A stretch of DNA of 64,000 nucleotides. Source: Vicugna vicugna (lineage: Eukaryota). Each line of letters begins with the position of its first letter. The first letter of the stretch is position 1. Of the stretch, positions 35,585 through 47,304 are shown piece after piece. The stretch spans positions 807,498 through 871,497 of the forward strand of contig MU058037.1 in NCBI GenBank assembly GCA_013265495.1, read 5' to 3'. Position numbers and translations under genes: made by a program. The notes under the pieces were generated by a model. It did not search any database. It worked only from the letters and a program-made list of their open reading frames with translations, and was not told where the DNA came from.

Positions 35585-38500
35585 CAAAATAGACTTTATT
35601 CTTTTAGAGCAGTTTCAGGTTCACAACAGAATTGAACAGAAAATACAGAGAGTTTGCACACAGCCCTCCCCACCCACACATACATACTCCCCTACCCTCA
35701 ACATCCCTCATCAGTGTGGCAGATTTGGTACAATTGATGAACCAACATGGGCACATTATTATTAACCCAAGTCCATAGTTCACATTAGGGTTCACTCTTG
35801 ATGTTGTACATTCTATGTGTTTGACAAATGCATATTGACACGTAGCCACCACTGTAGTATCATACAGAATAATTTCATTGCCCTAAAAATCCCTTGTGCT
35901 CCATCTGTTCATCCCTCCCTCCCTCCCTCCCTGTCCCCAAACCCCTGGAAACCATGATCTTTTTATTGTTTCTGTAGCTGTGCCTTTTCCAGAATGTCAT
36001 TTGGTTGGAATCATACAGTTTGTAGCCTTTTCAGGCTGGCTTCTTTCATTTAGTAATATGTCTTTTAAGCTTCTTCCATGTCTTTCATGGCTTGATAGGT
36101 CATTTTTTTTTACTACACATATATTTTTTAATTTACATATATGTACTGTTCCTTGTTTCTAAGAACGTTTAGATCTTTAGCTTTTTAAACTTACATAGTT
36201 ATCAAAGGAATAAAGACAAGCAGAAAATAAGAATTAACTCAAAAAGATACATACACCCTGCTGTTAACAGCAACATCATTTGTAATTGCCAAGATACTGA
36301 AGCATCCTAAGTGCACATCAATAGGTGAATAGATAATGAAGAGGCAGCATATATATACATACACATACACACACACATATATACATACACATATACATAA
36401 TGGAATACAAGTCACCCATTAAAAAAGGAGGACATTTTGCCATTTGCAGCCCTTCATTCACTTTTTTTTTTTCACTTCAAAAACCAGAATTTTATAACTG
36501 GCAGAGACATTTTCCGTTACACCAAAAACAACAAAATACCTGGAAATAAACTTAACCAAGGAGGTTACCTATACTCTGAAAACCAAAATGACACAAAGAA
36601 ATGGAAAGATTTCTTGTGCTCCTGGATTGGAAGAATCAATAGTGGCAAAATGGCCACACTACCCAAAGCAATCCACAGATCCAACGCAACCCCTATCAAA
36701 AAATACTCACAACACTCCTCACAGAACTAGAACAAACAATTCCAAAATGTATAAAGAATCACAAAAGACCCCTAACAGCCAAAGCAATCTTGTAGGTCTC
36801 TCTTTTTTCTTTTTCTTCTTCTCTTTTCGTATGGTTTGATGACTAGAGAAGGTCATTTAACATTTGTTGTAAAGCTGGTTTGGTGGTGCTGAAATCTTTT
36901 AGTGTTTGTTTATCTGTGAAGGTTTTGATTTCTCCATCGAGTCTGAACGAGAGCCTTGCTGGATAGAGTATTCTTGGTTGTAAGTTTCCCCTTTGCATCA
37001 CTTTAAATATATCCATGCCACTCCCTTCTGGCCTGTACAGTTTCTGCTTGAAAATCTGCTGATTCTTATGGGAGTTCCCTTGTATGTTATTTGTTGCTTT
37101 TCTCTTGCTAATTTTAATATTGTCTCCTTATCCTTAATTGTTGTCAATTAATGAACCTCTTTGCGTTCATTCTGTGTGGTACTTTGTGTTTCCAGGACTT
37201 GGGTGACTGTTTCCTTTCCCAAGTTGGGGACATTTTTGATTATTATCTCCCGCAAAATTTTCTCAGGTCCTTTCTCTCTTCTCGTTCTGAGACCCCTGTA
37301 ATGCGAGTATTAGAGCGCTTCAGGTTGTCCCAGAGTTCTCTTAAACTATCCTCATTCCTTTTTCTTTTTTCTTTTTTCTGTTCTGCAGTAGTGATTTCCA
37401 CTGATCTGTCTTCTAGCTCACTGATCGTTCTTCTGCCTCATGTAGTCTATTCTAGGTTCCTTCTAGTGTATTGTTCATTTCAGTGATTTTATTCTTCAAC
37501 TCTGGGTATTTATCTTTTCCAACTCTGTGGTAAAGACTTTGCTCTGTGCATCTATACTCCTCTTGAGTTCTCTGACCATCTTGGCCATCTTTACTTTAAA
37601 CTCTTCCTCAGATAATTTACCTATCTCCTCATCACTTATTTGTTCTTCTGGGATTTTATCATGGGCCTTGGCCTGGGAGATGTTTGTGGACTCCTTCCAC
37701 AGGCTTTGGGATTATTGTGTTCTTATTTCTGGTATCTGCCCCTTCTGGATGAAGCTGGACTAGAGGCTTATGCAGGTTTCCTGGCAGGAGGAGCAGTGGC
37801 CTGCCCACTGCAGGTAAAGTTTGGTCCTGGACCTCTGGTGGGTGGGTCTGTGTCTGGAGGCCTTTGTGGTTCAGGAGGTCTGCTGCTGGGTGGGGTTGTG
37901 TTCCCACCTTGGAGGTTGGCCTGAGGCTTCCCTACAGGCTGTTGGGTGCTAATGATGCAATCAAAATGTCAGCCTCTAGGAAAGCTCATGTAGATTAATA
38001 CTGCCAGAATATCCACCACCAGCTTTTATGTCCCCTGGGTGAGCCACAGCCGTCCTCCATGTCCCCAGGAGATCCTCCAAATCTAGCAGGCAGGCCTGGC
38101 CCAGGTTCGTATGAAATCACTGCCTCTGCCCTTGGACCTGGTGCACGTGAGTTTCCGTGTACGCTTCTCAAGCGAATGGGACTCTCCGTTTCCCCCCGTC
38201 CCGTCAGGCTCCCAGAGCCAAGTCCCCCAGTCCTTCAAAACCAGATGTCCTGGGGTCTCCTTCTCTTCCCAATGCCAGGACCCGAGCTGGGGAGCCTGAC
38301 GTGGGGCTTAGAGCTCTCACTCCTGTGGGAGGGCCTCTGCAACTTAACTAATCTTCAGGTGGTGGGTCACCCACCTTTGGGGGTATGTGGCCCAATTATG
38401 TCACCAGAGCACTCCTCCTACCGTCCTGCTGTGGTTCCCTCTTTATGTTTCCAGTTGCAGAAGATCTTTGCTAGGTTCCAGTCTTTTTTCCGATGGTTGT

Positions 38501-38585
38501 TTAGCAGTCAGTTGTGGTTTCGTTGTAGCCACGAGGAGAGGCGAGCTCATGGTCCTACCACTCTGCCATCTTGCCCGGAACTCCC
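35585..38585 (-). mobile_element. Composite L1: 5' UTR plus ORF1 remnant (36795-38585), a plus-strand patchwork (36120-36795) and an L1MC1-like 3' end (35585-36110), bounded by a TSD
   Basis: The 5' end reads GGGAGTTCCGGGCAAGATGGCAG (reverse complement). Antisense ORF1 similarity lies at 36880-37450. L1MC1-type TTTTAGAGCAGTTTCAGGTTCACAACAGAATTG is present. An 18-bp TSD lies at 35567-35584 and 38586-38603. Confidence 0.7.
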
Positions 38586-40499
38586 TTAATTACTATAGAT
38601 TTTGTAGTATCATTTTAAATCAGGACATATGATACCTCCAGCTTTGTTCTTATTTCTCAGGACTATGGCCATTCAGGGTCTTTTGTGGTTCCATATGAAA
38701 TTTAGGACTTTTTTTCCTCTTTCTGTACAGTATGCCACTGGAATTTTGATAGGGATTGCATTAAGATGGCTTTGGGTAGTGTGGAAATTTTAACAATATT
38801 TTCTGATCTGTGAACACAGGATATCTTTCCACCTCTTTGTGCATTTTTCAGTTTCTTTATCAGTGTTTTACAGTTGTCAGTGGACAGATATTTCACCTCC
38901 ATGGTTAAATTTATTCCCAAGTATTTTGTTGTTTTTCATGCTATTAGTCTTTTTCACGGTGATGCTCTCCTTTGAAGCAGAAAAGCTTCTAATTTTAATG
39001 AAGTCTAATTCGTCTGTTTTTCCTTTGTTCCTTGGGTTTTGGTGTCATATCTAAGAAATGGATACCTAATCCAAGGTTACAAGATTACTGTCTTCTAGGA
39101 TTTTTGTAGTTTCAGCCCTTACATTTAAATCTTTGATCCATTTGAGTTAATTTTTATATGTGATGTGAAGTAGGGATCCAAGTTCATTCTTCTGCCTGTG
39201 GATATTCAGTTATTTCATTATAGATACTGGTATTTCATATTGACTACAGTTTCTAAATGAAAAGACCATTCTTTCCCCCCATTGAATGTCTTGGTGCCCT
39301 TGTCAAAACTCACTTGTCCATAGATGTCTGAGTTTATTTCTGGGTTTCACTGATCTCTATCTATCCTTATGCCAGAACTACATACTGTCTTTATTATAGG
39401 TTTGTACTAACAGTGTAATTGGGAATTCTGAATGAGTCCATCAGCATTGTTCTTTCAAGATTGTTTTTAGCTCACCTCAGTCTGTAACATTTCCTTAAGA
39501 ATTTCAGGATCAGTGTATCAGTGTCTGCAAAAAAAAAAAAATGGCAGTTAAGAGTTTTGATAGGTACTGAATCTGTAGGTCAATTTGGGGAGTACTGCCA
39601 TCTGAACAATATTAAGGCTTCCATTCCATAAAATTAATAAAGCTTTTTTAAGCCATCAGTTTAAGGGCTGCTGCTGAACTGTTTTTTTAGGCCTCCAGAA
39701 TCTTGATGAGAATCACAAGTTGGGGTCTTTTTTTTCCATAGCTACCTCTGGATCCTGTCTGTCACTGTGAATGTAGGATTTTATAATGGAATGGCTTCTT
39801 CATCAATGGAGTAACAGAAATTCTGATATATTGGTAGTCAGAATGCAAAACAGAATCATCACTACGAAGGGTATTTTGGCAGTACCTATGAAATTTGCAG
39901 GATACCATGGGAGAGTTCCTCCCATGAATCCAGGCCAGCAAGCTTGTTTTCTGTCTCCCTCTTCCTGTTCCTTTAACTGAGGAAGTAGTCTTTTGCGAGA
40001 CCAACATTATGTATGTATGTTTCATTTCCAGCCGCCATGCTATCCAAGCCTACAGCCTTGTCGCCTGTCCCCAAGGTGGTGCTAAACACCAGCTTGCTAA
40101 GTTACTAAGACCAGCATTCATCCTGTCTTCATCTAGGGTACTCAGCCTCAGTTCAGGTACTTAGATCCTGGTTTTCAGTTTTCTTTTGGATTTTTTTCCC
40201 CTTGAGAATTTCCCTAATTTCATAAAAGCTCAACTATCCACTTAAAAGGCTATCGCGGTCCCCTTTTGCAACATTTCTAAGTACTTTTTAACAGGATGAT
40301 TTTTCTAGTTAACTAGTACAAGAAAATGCCTGAAGTATTTGTAAATGTAAACATATAGTAGATCAATAGACATAATTACAATACATAAATCTGATTGACA
40401 GACTTTATTTTCCCTATGTTATTTTTTAGTTGCTGTTTTTTTCCACCCCCAGTAAATTCTAATGAAGGCCTGTTGCCTGCCTAATAAGGAGGTCACTGA

Positions 40500-41330
40500 A
40501 TTGACCATATATAATTTTTTCCTTGGGAGTAACTCTTGATAGGTATGTGCTTACTGCCACTTAAGAAATTGTTTTCCTCGCTGTTTTGTAGTTTATCTGT
40601 GCTTTTCTTCTCTTGCTCTCTCCCTTGGTGATTTGAAGGTTGTCTGTAGTGTTATGGTTAGATTTATTTCTCTTTTGTGTATGTATATTTACTATAGGCT
40701 TTTGCTATGTGGTTACTGTGAGGCTTAGATAAAGTATATTTATAGCAGCCTATTTTTAAGTTGGTAAGTTGGAACACATTTTTACTCTCCCCGTTTTGTG
40801 ATGTCACAGTTTACATCTTTTTATCTTGCATATCCGTGAAGACATTACTTTGGTTATTGTTATTTTTTCTACTTTTGTTTTTTATCCTTCATACTAGATT
40901 TATAAGCTATTATTAGCCCATCACTGTTAAAACAGTGGAATATTCTGAATGTAAGTATATAATCCCTTTAATGGTGAAACTTTACTGTTACTAGTTAACA
41001 CCCTTTTGTTACAGTTTAAAGAAGTACATTTCCTATAATAAAGCTGGTCTACGAGTGCTACATTTCTTCAGCTTTGTTTGTCTGGAAACCTCTTTATCTT
41101 TCAATTCTGAGGGACAACTTTGCTGGATAGAGTATTTTGGTTGGTAATTTTTTTTTTTCTGTTCCTACTTTGTAGGTTTGTAGGCCAGAAGGGAGTTTTG
41201 TGATAGCTTCAAAGTTTCTGGTAAAAAAAATCTGCTGATGCACCTAGGGGGTTCCTTTGGATGTAACAAGGTTTTCTCGTGATGTATGTTTGTTTTAAGA
41301 TTAACTCTTGACAGTTTAATTAGACATAAA
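40500..41330 (-). mobile_element. Old L1 inter-ORF and ORF1 3' region fragment
   Basis: CAGCTTTGTTTGTCTGGAAACCTCTTTATC and GGGACAACTTTGCTGGATAGAGTATT match the antisense ORF1 C-terminus (YPAKLS) seen at 31160-31240. Confidence 0.7.
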
Positions 41331-41417
41331 CTTGGTTTCTTCGTGCGGTTCTCTTTTGATTACCGGCACGGGGGGCAGGAAAGATAAAGGTGCGTTTGGG
41401 GAAAGTAAGGTAGGTAT

Positions 41418-41480
41418 AGAGAGGCTGTAGGTCAGGGTCAGAGTGTAGGCCTAGCATGCAGGAGGTCCTGGGTTTAATTC
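41418..41480 (+). mobile_element. Degenerate or truncated vic-1-like SINE head (tRNA part only)
   Basis: GGCCTAGCATGCAGGAGGTCCTGGGTTTAATTC matches the reverse complement of 23770-23810. No tail or TSD is visible. Confidence 0.6.
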
Positions 41481-42129
41481 AGGAAGGGAGAGACGGGATT
41501 CAATACATCGTTCCCAGTATGGGAGAGAGGCTTACCCGTGCCCAAACCGGAGATCTCGTTTTCAACGTCTGTTGATTATCGTGATGTTGTGTGATGTCTT
41601 TCTCCCCTCCCCCACTCCCTAATTTATTTAAAGTACACCTCTTATAAACAGTACAGGGTTAGATCTGGCTTTTTTATACATTCTGATGTTCTCTGACTTA
41701 TATTGGAGTGTACAGTCTATTGTAGGTCTGCTACTTTATTATGTATTGTCTATTTAGTACCTCTGGCTTGCTTTATTTTGTTCCCTGCTCTTGCTTTCTT
41801 TGGATTATTCCAGTATTTTTTAGAATTCCATTTCAGTGTATCTACTGGCATTTGTTGTGTCTTCCTCTAAGTATTACAATATACATCATTAAGGGGTCAC
41901 AGTCCACTTAGAGGTGATACTGTACTACTTCATGTAAAATGTAGAAGTCTTACAATGATAAGGTCCATTTACCCCTCCCCGGGCTATTATACTTATCATA
42001 TGGATCTATATACCTTATTTGTCTTCTTCCAGAAGACATTCGGGAGAGAGTTCTGGGCTGGCAATCTTGAGGACGGCCTGAACGTGATGGACACAACATC
42101 ACCATCATCGCCATGGGGTAAGTAATGTG

Positions 42130-42430
42130 GCATAAAATACTTAGCCTGAATCTGATCATGCCTAGACAAGCAGGCAAATCCAAACTGAGAAACATTCTAC
42201 AAAGCAACTGGCCTGACCTCTCCTAAAATGTCAGCGTCATGACAAATCGGAGCAGGCTATATGAAACTTAATCATTACTGAGATAAAATACACATAAAAA
42301 AATATATATATTCATTTATAAAGATGTTAACACATAGATAAACATGTTACTGAAAATAAAGCAAATGTGGCAAAATGTTACATTAATTGCAGTTCTGCCC
42401 TAAGTCTGAAATTATTCTACAATAAGAAGC
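42130..42430 (+). mobile_element. Ancient L1MC/L1ME 3' UTR fragment
   Basis: Contains CCTGAATCTGATCATG, CAAATCCAAACTGAGAAACATTCTACAAAGCAACTGGCCTG and GCAAATGTGGCAAAATGTTA. Confidence 0.65.
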
Positions 42431-42730
42431 CAAGGACCCTTTTAACATTGGGTAAGTTAAATAAGTACAATATAAAATATTCTTTACAGAGTGATTGGGT
42501 AGAAGTGAAGGAGTCAGAGATTAACTGTTAGGAAGTGTGTGCAACTCAGTGAGCTAAAAGATTAGACTGCTCATTTCTTTGTCTTTTTAAACAAAACTTA
42601 GGACACTGTCCCCTTTTAAAAATGTATACAAGACATGGGACAGAGAGACTTTACCAGTGATGAGTATTTCATGGTTACACAGATCACCCAATATGACTTC
42701 ACTCATACTTCTCTTTAAAAAGTTATTGGG

Positions 42731-42835
42731 TGACAATGAATGTATGTATGTTCATGTATAACTGAAAAATTTTGCTCTACACTGGAATTTGATACAACAT
42801 TGTAAAATGACTATACTAACTCAAAAAAAAAGTTT
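42731..42835 (+). mobile_element. Severely 5'-truncated young L1 (about 105 bp of 3' UTR) with TSD
   Basis: Matches the reverse complement of 26648-26748 (TGACAATGA...CACTGGAATTTGATACAACATTGTAAAATGA). TSD AAAAAG(T/A)TATTGGG lies at 42717-42730 and 42836-42849. Confidence 0.9.
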
Positions 42836-43249
42836 AAAAAGATATTGGGGTTACAAAAAGAATGCAACTCTACCGGAAAATGGTTCAGCAACCCCCAGCC
42901 TTATCACATGAGGATGCACACTGCATTTTTTACACACCTGTGTGCATCCTTCAAGAAGATGGTGGGTTCTTTTCCCTTCTTAAGTGCAGCTGGCTTGTAC
43001 AGTTAGAAAAAACTCACCTTTGAATTCAGTCTTCTCAGAGAACAAACTTACTGACAACAGAGCCTATCCATTTTACTTTGGCAAGTTATCTCTTAGCCCA
43101 ACTCAGACACTGGTAAAAGCACTTCTGTCCTTCTGCCATGATCCTCTGAGCTCCACAAATCATCCAGCCCACGGCCTGACGGGTACTTTAATTTGGGTGC
43201 TTTCATGGGCATGCCACCTTTTCGCCAGTCTTGACAGGCCTAAAGAATT

Positions 43250-43890
43250 AATGCTTCAAGGAATTCACCCGAAACTGGGATGGTGGATCCTTGGTTTAGC
43301 TTCGGTGCAGCCTATATGATCAATCACTATTCTTGCTATACTTACGTAAATAATAAGGCCAAGTTTATTGAAATGGGGCATATTCTGTAAACCAATTAGT
43401 GTTAACTTGAATTATCTCTGATAGAAGGAGGGGTGATGGTGGGATCCAATATCTAACTGAATGTGAACTTGATGTAAAGTTCAGAGAAATCACTGTAATA
43501 GCTTTTAGATAATCTCTGTGCCTTTTGCTGTGTGGGCCACTCAGAAAACTTACCTGAACACCTGATGACCCAAACTGCAAAGAATGCTTAACCCCCACAT
43601 CTAGGTATCTTCTCTTCCCTGCTAGCTGCCCTCGGGACTCAGACTGGGTTTTCAGTGTGCACCAACCTTTCTTTTCCTTTTGTTTCCGTAGAAATGCCTT
43701 ATTAAATACCTGATTGCTCATACCATATAGGCCTAACTTTGGGAGCCCACCTCCTGAAATGAGACATACTGTTTGTTTTAATCTTGACAATAGGTCAGTT
43801 CAGTCAGAGACTGGTCAGTGACATATGGAGCAATCTGTAAACTTAGCTTCTGGACTGTGAAACTGCCTGGGGAAATTTCAAAGGCAGAGC
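43250..43890 (+). mobile_element. Probable ERV1 internal 3' remnant upstream of the MER34-like LTR
   Basis: It ends in a purine-rich PPT-like stretch (GGGGAAATTTCAAAGGCAGAGC) directly before the LTR TGA start. No env ORF is present and the left boundary is uncertain. Confidence 0.45.
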
Positions 43891-44140
43891 TGAAGGGGAG
43901 TAGAACCGGTCACCCTAAACTATGCCTCTTTGGCATAAGGACTATTTTAGGCCAACTGTGTTTTAGAAACAGCAGTCATAGGAAAAACTCTGAAAACCAA
44001 GCAGAAGTTACCTCTTTGTGAAAGAGAGAAACACATTTACAAGGGGAATTTTGTAACTGTCTCCTTCTCTGTACCAGGAAGAGGACGATGACTAAATCTC
44101 TCCTCAGTGGAGGCTGGCAGCAACTTGTATTTGCATAACA
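43891..44140 (+). mobile_element. MER34-like ERV1 LTR (3'-truncated)
   Basis: TGAAGGGGAG...CACCCTAAACTATGCCTCTTTGGCATAAGGACTATTTT, CTCTGAAAAC, AGAAGTTACC and ACCAGGAAGAGGACGATGACTAAATC match the recalled MER34 consensus. Confidence 0.8.
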
Positions 44141-45524
44141 ACTGGAACAAATGAAGATAACAAAATTAGACCTATGGGACAATTTCAAATAGGTAAGAAT
44201 ATGCTTAGAAAATAGTGTGACTAGACATATAACAAAATGTTAACAACATTTGCCTTTGGGTGGTATAGGATTATAGACATTTGTCCTTCTTGTACTCATT
44301 TTTAAAGTTACTGTATATAAATTTATTATTTTGTGATCAGGCAATATCTAGTAAATAATCTATACTCTCCCCTCTCTTATATACTGTAGGAATATGAAAT
44401 ATTTCTTTTTGATCTGACCCTTCTGCAATATGCAGAATTATGACATGAGAATAGTTCAACAAAGTCTGTCATATTTAGACTGCCCCACTGGTGAGCAGCG
44501 CCTCAGGACTACTTCAGTCTTCTGGCAGATCTCACCCCTGGACAGCACAGTGCTCTTCACTGAGCATTCCCTAGTGTCACTATCATTTCTAGAGGAACTT
44601 TGGTTCCAAACAAGAGCCCTCTTAACCCAGAGCTGGAATACCTTCTTTGAAGAAGTCTTGTACCTCACATTACCAGGTGTATACAGAAGAGGTATGTTTA
44701 ATGCTCTCTAATGCCATGAGCCCCTTATTGGAAATCTGGGATCATATAGCCCATTGATAATTCTGTTACCACAAGTTCTGAAAAACAAAAAAAAATGCTT
44801 TTCAAAATCTTTCAAGCCATAGTCTTTCTAGTGGAAAACCAAGTGAAAGTTGATTTTTTTCTAAGACATCTTCATCATTTTCTTTCTTTGCTGCTTTCAA
44901 AACAGCATTTCTCTAGCACCCTTACATTTTCTAAAGGTTTCAAATGTCAAGCTGTTTTAAATCTTACAAAAGCGTTTCAGGGCTCTCCTGGGCTGATATG
45001 CAAATTACAGTTTCACTTTAGATATTCCGACTCTACAGTGGGCATCAGTATGCTACTTATGGGTGGAAAATGCATTTGTATTTTGTTCTACTTTTGGCCC
45101 AGGCGGGTATGAATGGGGGAGTCAGGTGGCATGGCCATGAATAAGACAGTTTCATTATGTTTTGAGATTCTTAAATAAATCTATTTGGAACATAAGCTAG
45201 AACCAGCCAAGTCTCTAGGGAAGTCCTGCAAAAAATGAAACCATTTTGCATCCAAACCTCAAAGACATAAATTCATGAAATTGAAAACTGAGTATCACTT
45301 TTAGCCCCTTAGGAAGCCGCAGTAAGAGATTAAAAAGGGAAATTATGGCCCTTCTCTATCACTGAGCAGTCAGAGATTACCTTTGCTCTTTGGATGATTT
45401 GAAGTGGGGGAGTGGCACACTGCAGATGATTGGATCACTTTTTGTAATCTCAAAATGTGGTTTCCTGTTGAGTTTACATAAATTGAATACACTCAGGGAA
45501 AAATGGTCTCTAACTGCACTATGT

Positions 45525-45625
45525 TTGTGTTACAATGTCTTGCTTACCACTGTATCACCTGTGACTAGCACAGGCCCTGGCATAAAGAAGGCCTTCAATA
45601 ACTACTTGTGAAATAAATAAACTCT
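45525..45625 (+). mobile_element. L2 LINE 3' end
   Basis: Contains CACTGTATCACCTGTGACTAGCACAGGCCCTGGCATAAAG...CAATAACTACTTGTGAAATAAATAAA. Confidence 0.7.
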
Positions 45626-47304
45626 AGTTACTCTAGATTAAAAAAGAAGTTATCCTGAAGACACCAAAATGGAGATAATCAGAACTGCACTGGCACAAAA
45701 CATGACAAGAGAATCACAAAGGAAACCAAGTCTAATATTCTATATAGAAAAGTCCTCACCTGGAATTGGAAAAGCTCCATGAATGGCACCAGCTGCTGGT
45801 AAACCATTTGACTCTTCTTAGTTCCCTCATTTAGAAAGTGAGAGTGTTCTGGGTGTAAAATGTTCTAATTCTTTCTGAGGTTCTTCCTCTAAACCTCTCA
45901 GCCTTCCCCTCTGGACCAATAGATAAGTGAAGTGGTTCTTTTGCCAGTTTCCTTGCCTAGGATCAAGCTACTCTATGGGCCTTTCTAAAGATCACTTCTG
46001 TGTTCTATTTTAAGTGTCCTTCACATACAAGACTCTTGACCCATCTGAACTAGGTTATAATGCAAACCTCAAGTTCGCTGCACACTTTTCTGTCCTTATC
46101 TTAGCCTCTCTTCCATAGCAAGGAAACATCCTTGCAAGGCTGCTGCCCAAGGTGGAGCTCAAAGTCCACAGTGATACTTGGAATAAAGCCTTAGAGAATT
46201 TTAATTCATATCATTGGCCTTCCCGACCTGGTGTCTCGTAAAAACTCACAAACCTTGGACAAACTCAATCAACAACATAAACAAATCAACTATAACATAT
46301 CCTTTAAGATGATTGCATCTTCTCAAACCCCAAGATCTAAATAGAAGACATTTTGGAAATCTCATAGAATAGACTAGTGGCAGAATAGACTAGTGGCCTC
46401 TCAAACTAAACTTAGGGTCTTTCATCTTATTTGTGACTAATCTAGTGCCTGACATTTACAGGTATATTGAATACATTTATTACCTTCCAGAGAGAAATAC
46501 TTACTAGCATTCATCTGCTGTTTTTGTTTCCTTATCTGTGAGTTTTTCCCTTTCTCGTTTGCTTTCATAACTATCTTTGCCTCACACACGCATACAAATT
46601 TAGATACTGCATGAAAGAACTGTGACAACAACCATAAGAAATATAGCGACAGAGTAGACTATAGCACATGGAAATAGACATAATTTCTTATGCATACAAA
46701 ATTCCTGATTTCAAAACTAATGGTGAGATTTGTTCAGAGATACGATGACATATGAAGAATGTAACAGAAAACAGCAACAAGATGATGAGTGGAATGAAAT
46801 AACAATTGATCAGTATGTTTCTGGAATGGAATCTACCAAACAACTTACTTTCCTAGGTAATTAAATTTGTAGATTTTTAAAAGAATTCATATGTTATTTA
46901 TCGTCACAAGCATTAACTATTACTCTGACTTCACAAATGACAAAATGAAAGAGTTGTTTGTCTAAGAGTAAAACTGAGATCTTCAAACTGAAACTTCCAT
47001 CACCTTTTCAATATGCTCTGTAACATACTGTTAGCCAAAACTTAACCTAAACCACATTTGTTCTAAAGCATATTCATATACTTGATTCAGGAAGCAAGAT
47101 AGCTAAACATAGTAAATCATTTTGATAATATAGAAACAAAACAGTGTGATCTGATTATGGCAGGGGAAAAAAGCCCAGGCGGTTACTGTTATACATGAGA
47201 CTCATTTTAGTACAGATAGTAATTGCAAGGAACCATGGGGTGGAAAAAGGGTGCTGAGTTTTCAGTGCAAATGCCACCTCAAAGCATCAGAATGTTTCAA
47301 CATC

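Noticed and set aside
38059..38589. 176-aa Pro/Gly-rich ORF antisense to an L1 5' UTR (ORF0-like)
   Set aside because: GC-rich sequence lacks stop codons by chance, and there is no recognisable motif or other support.
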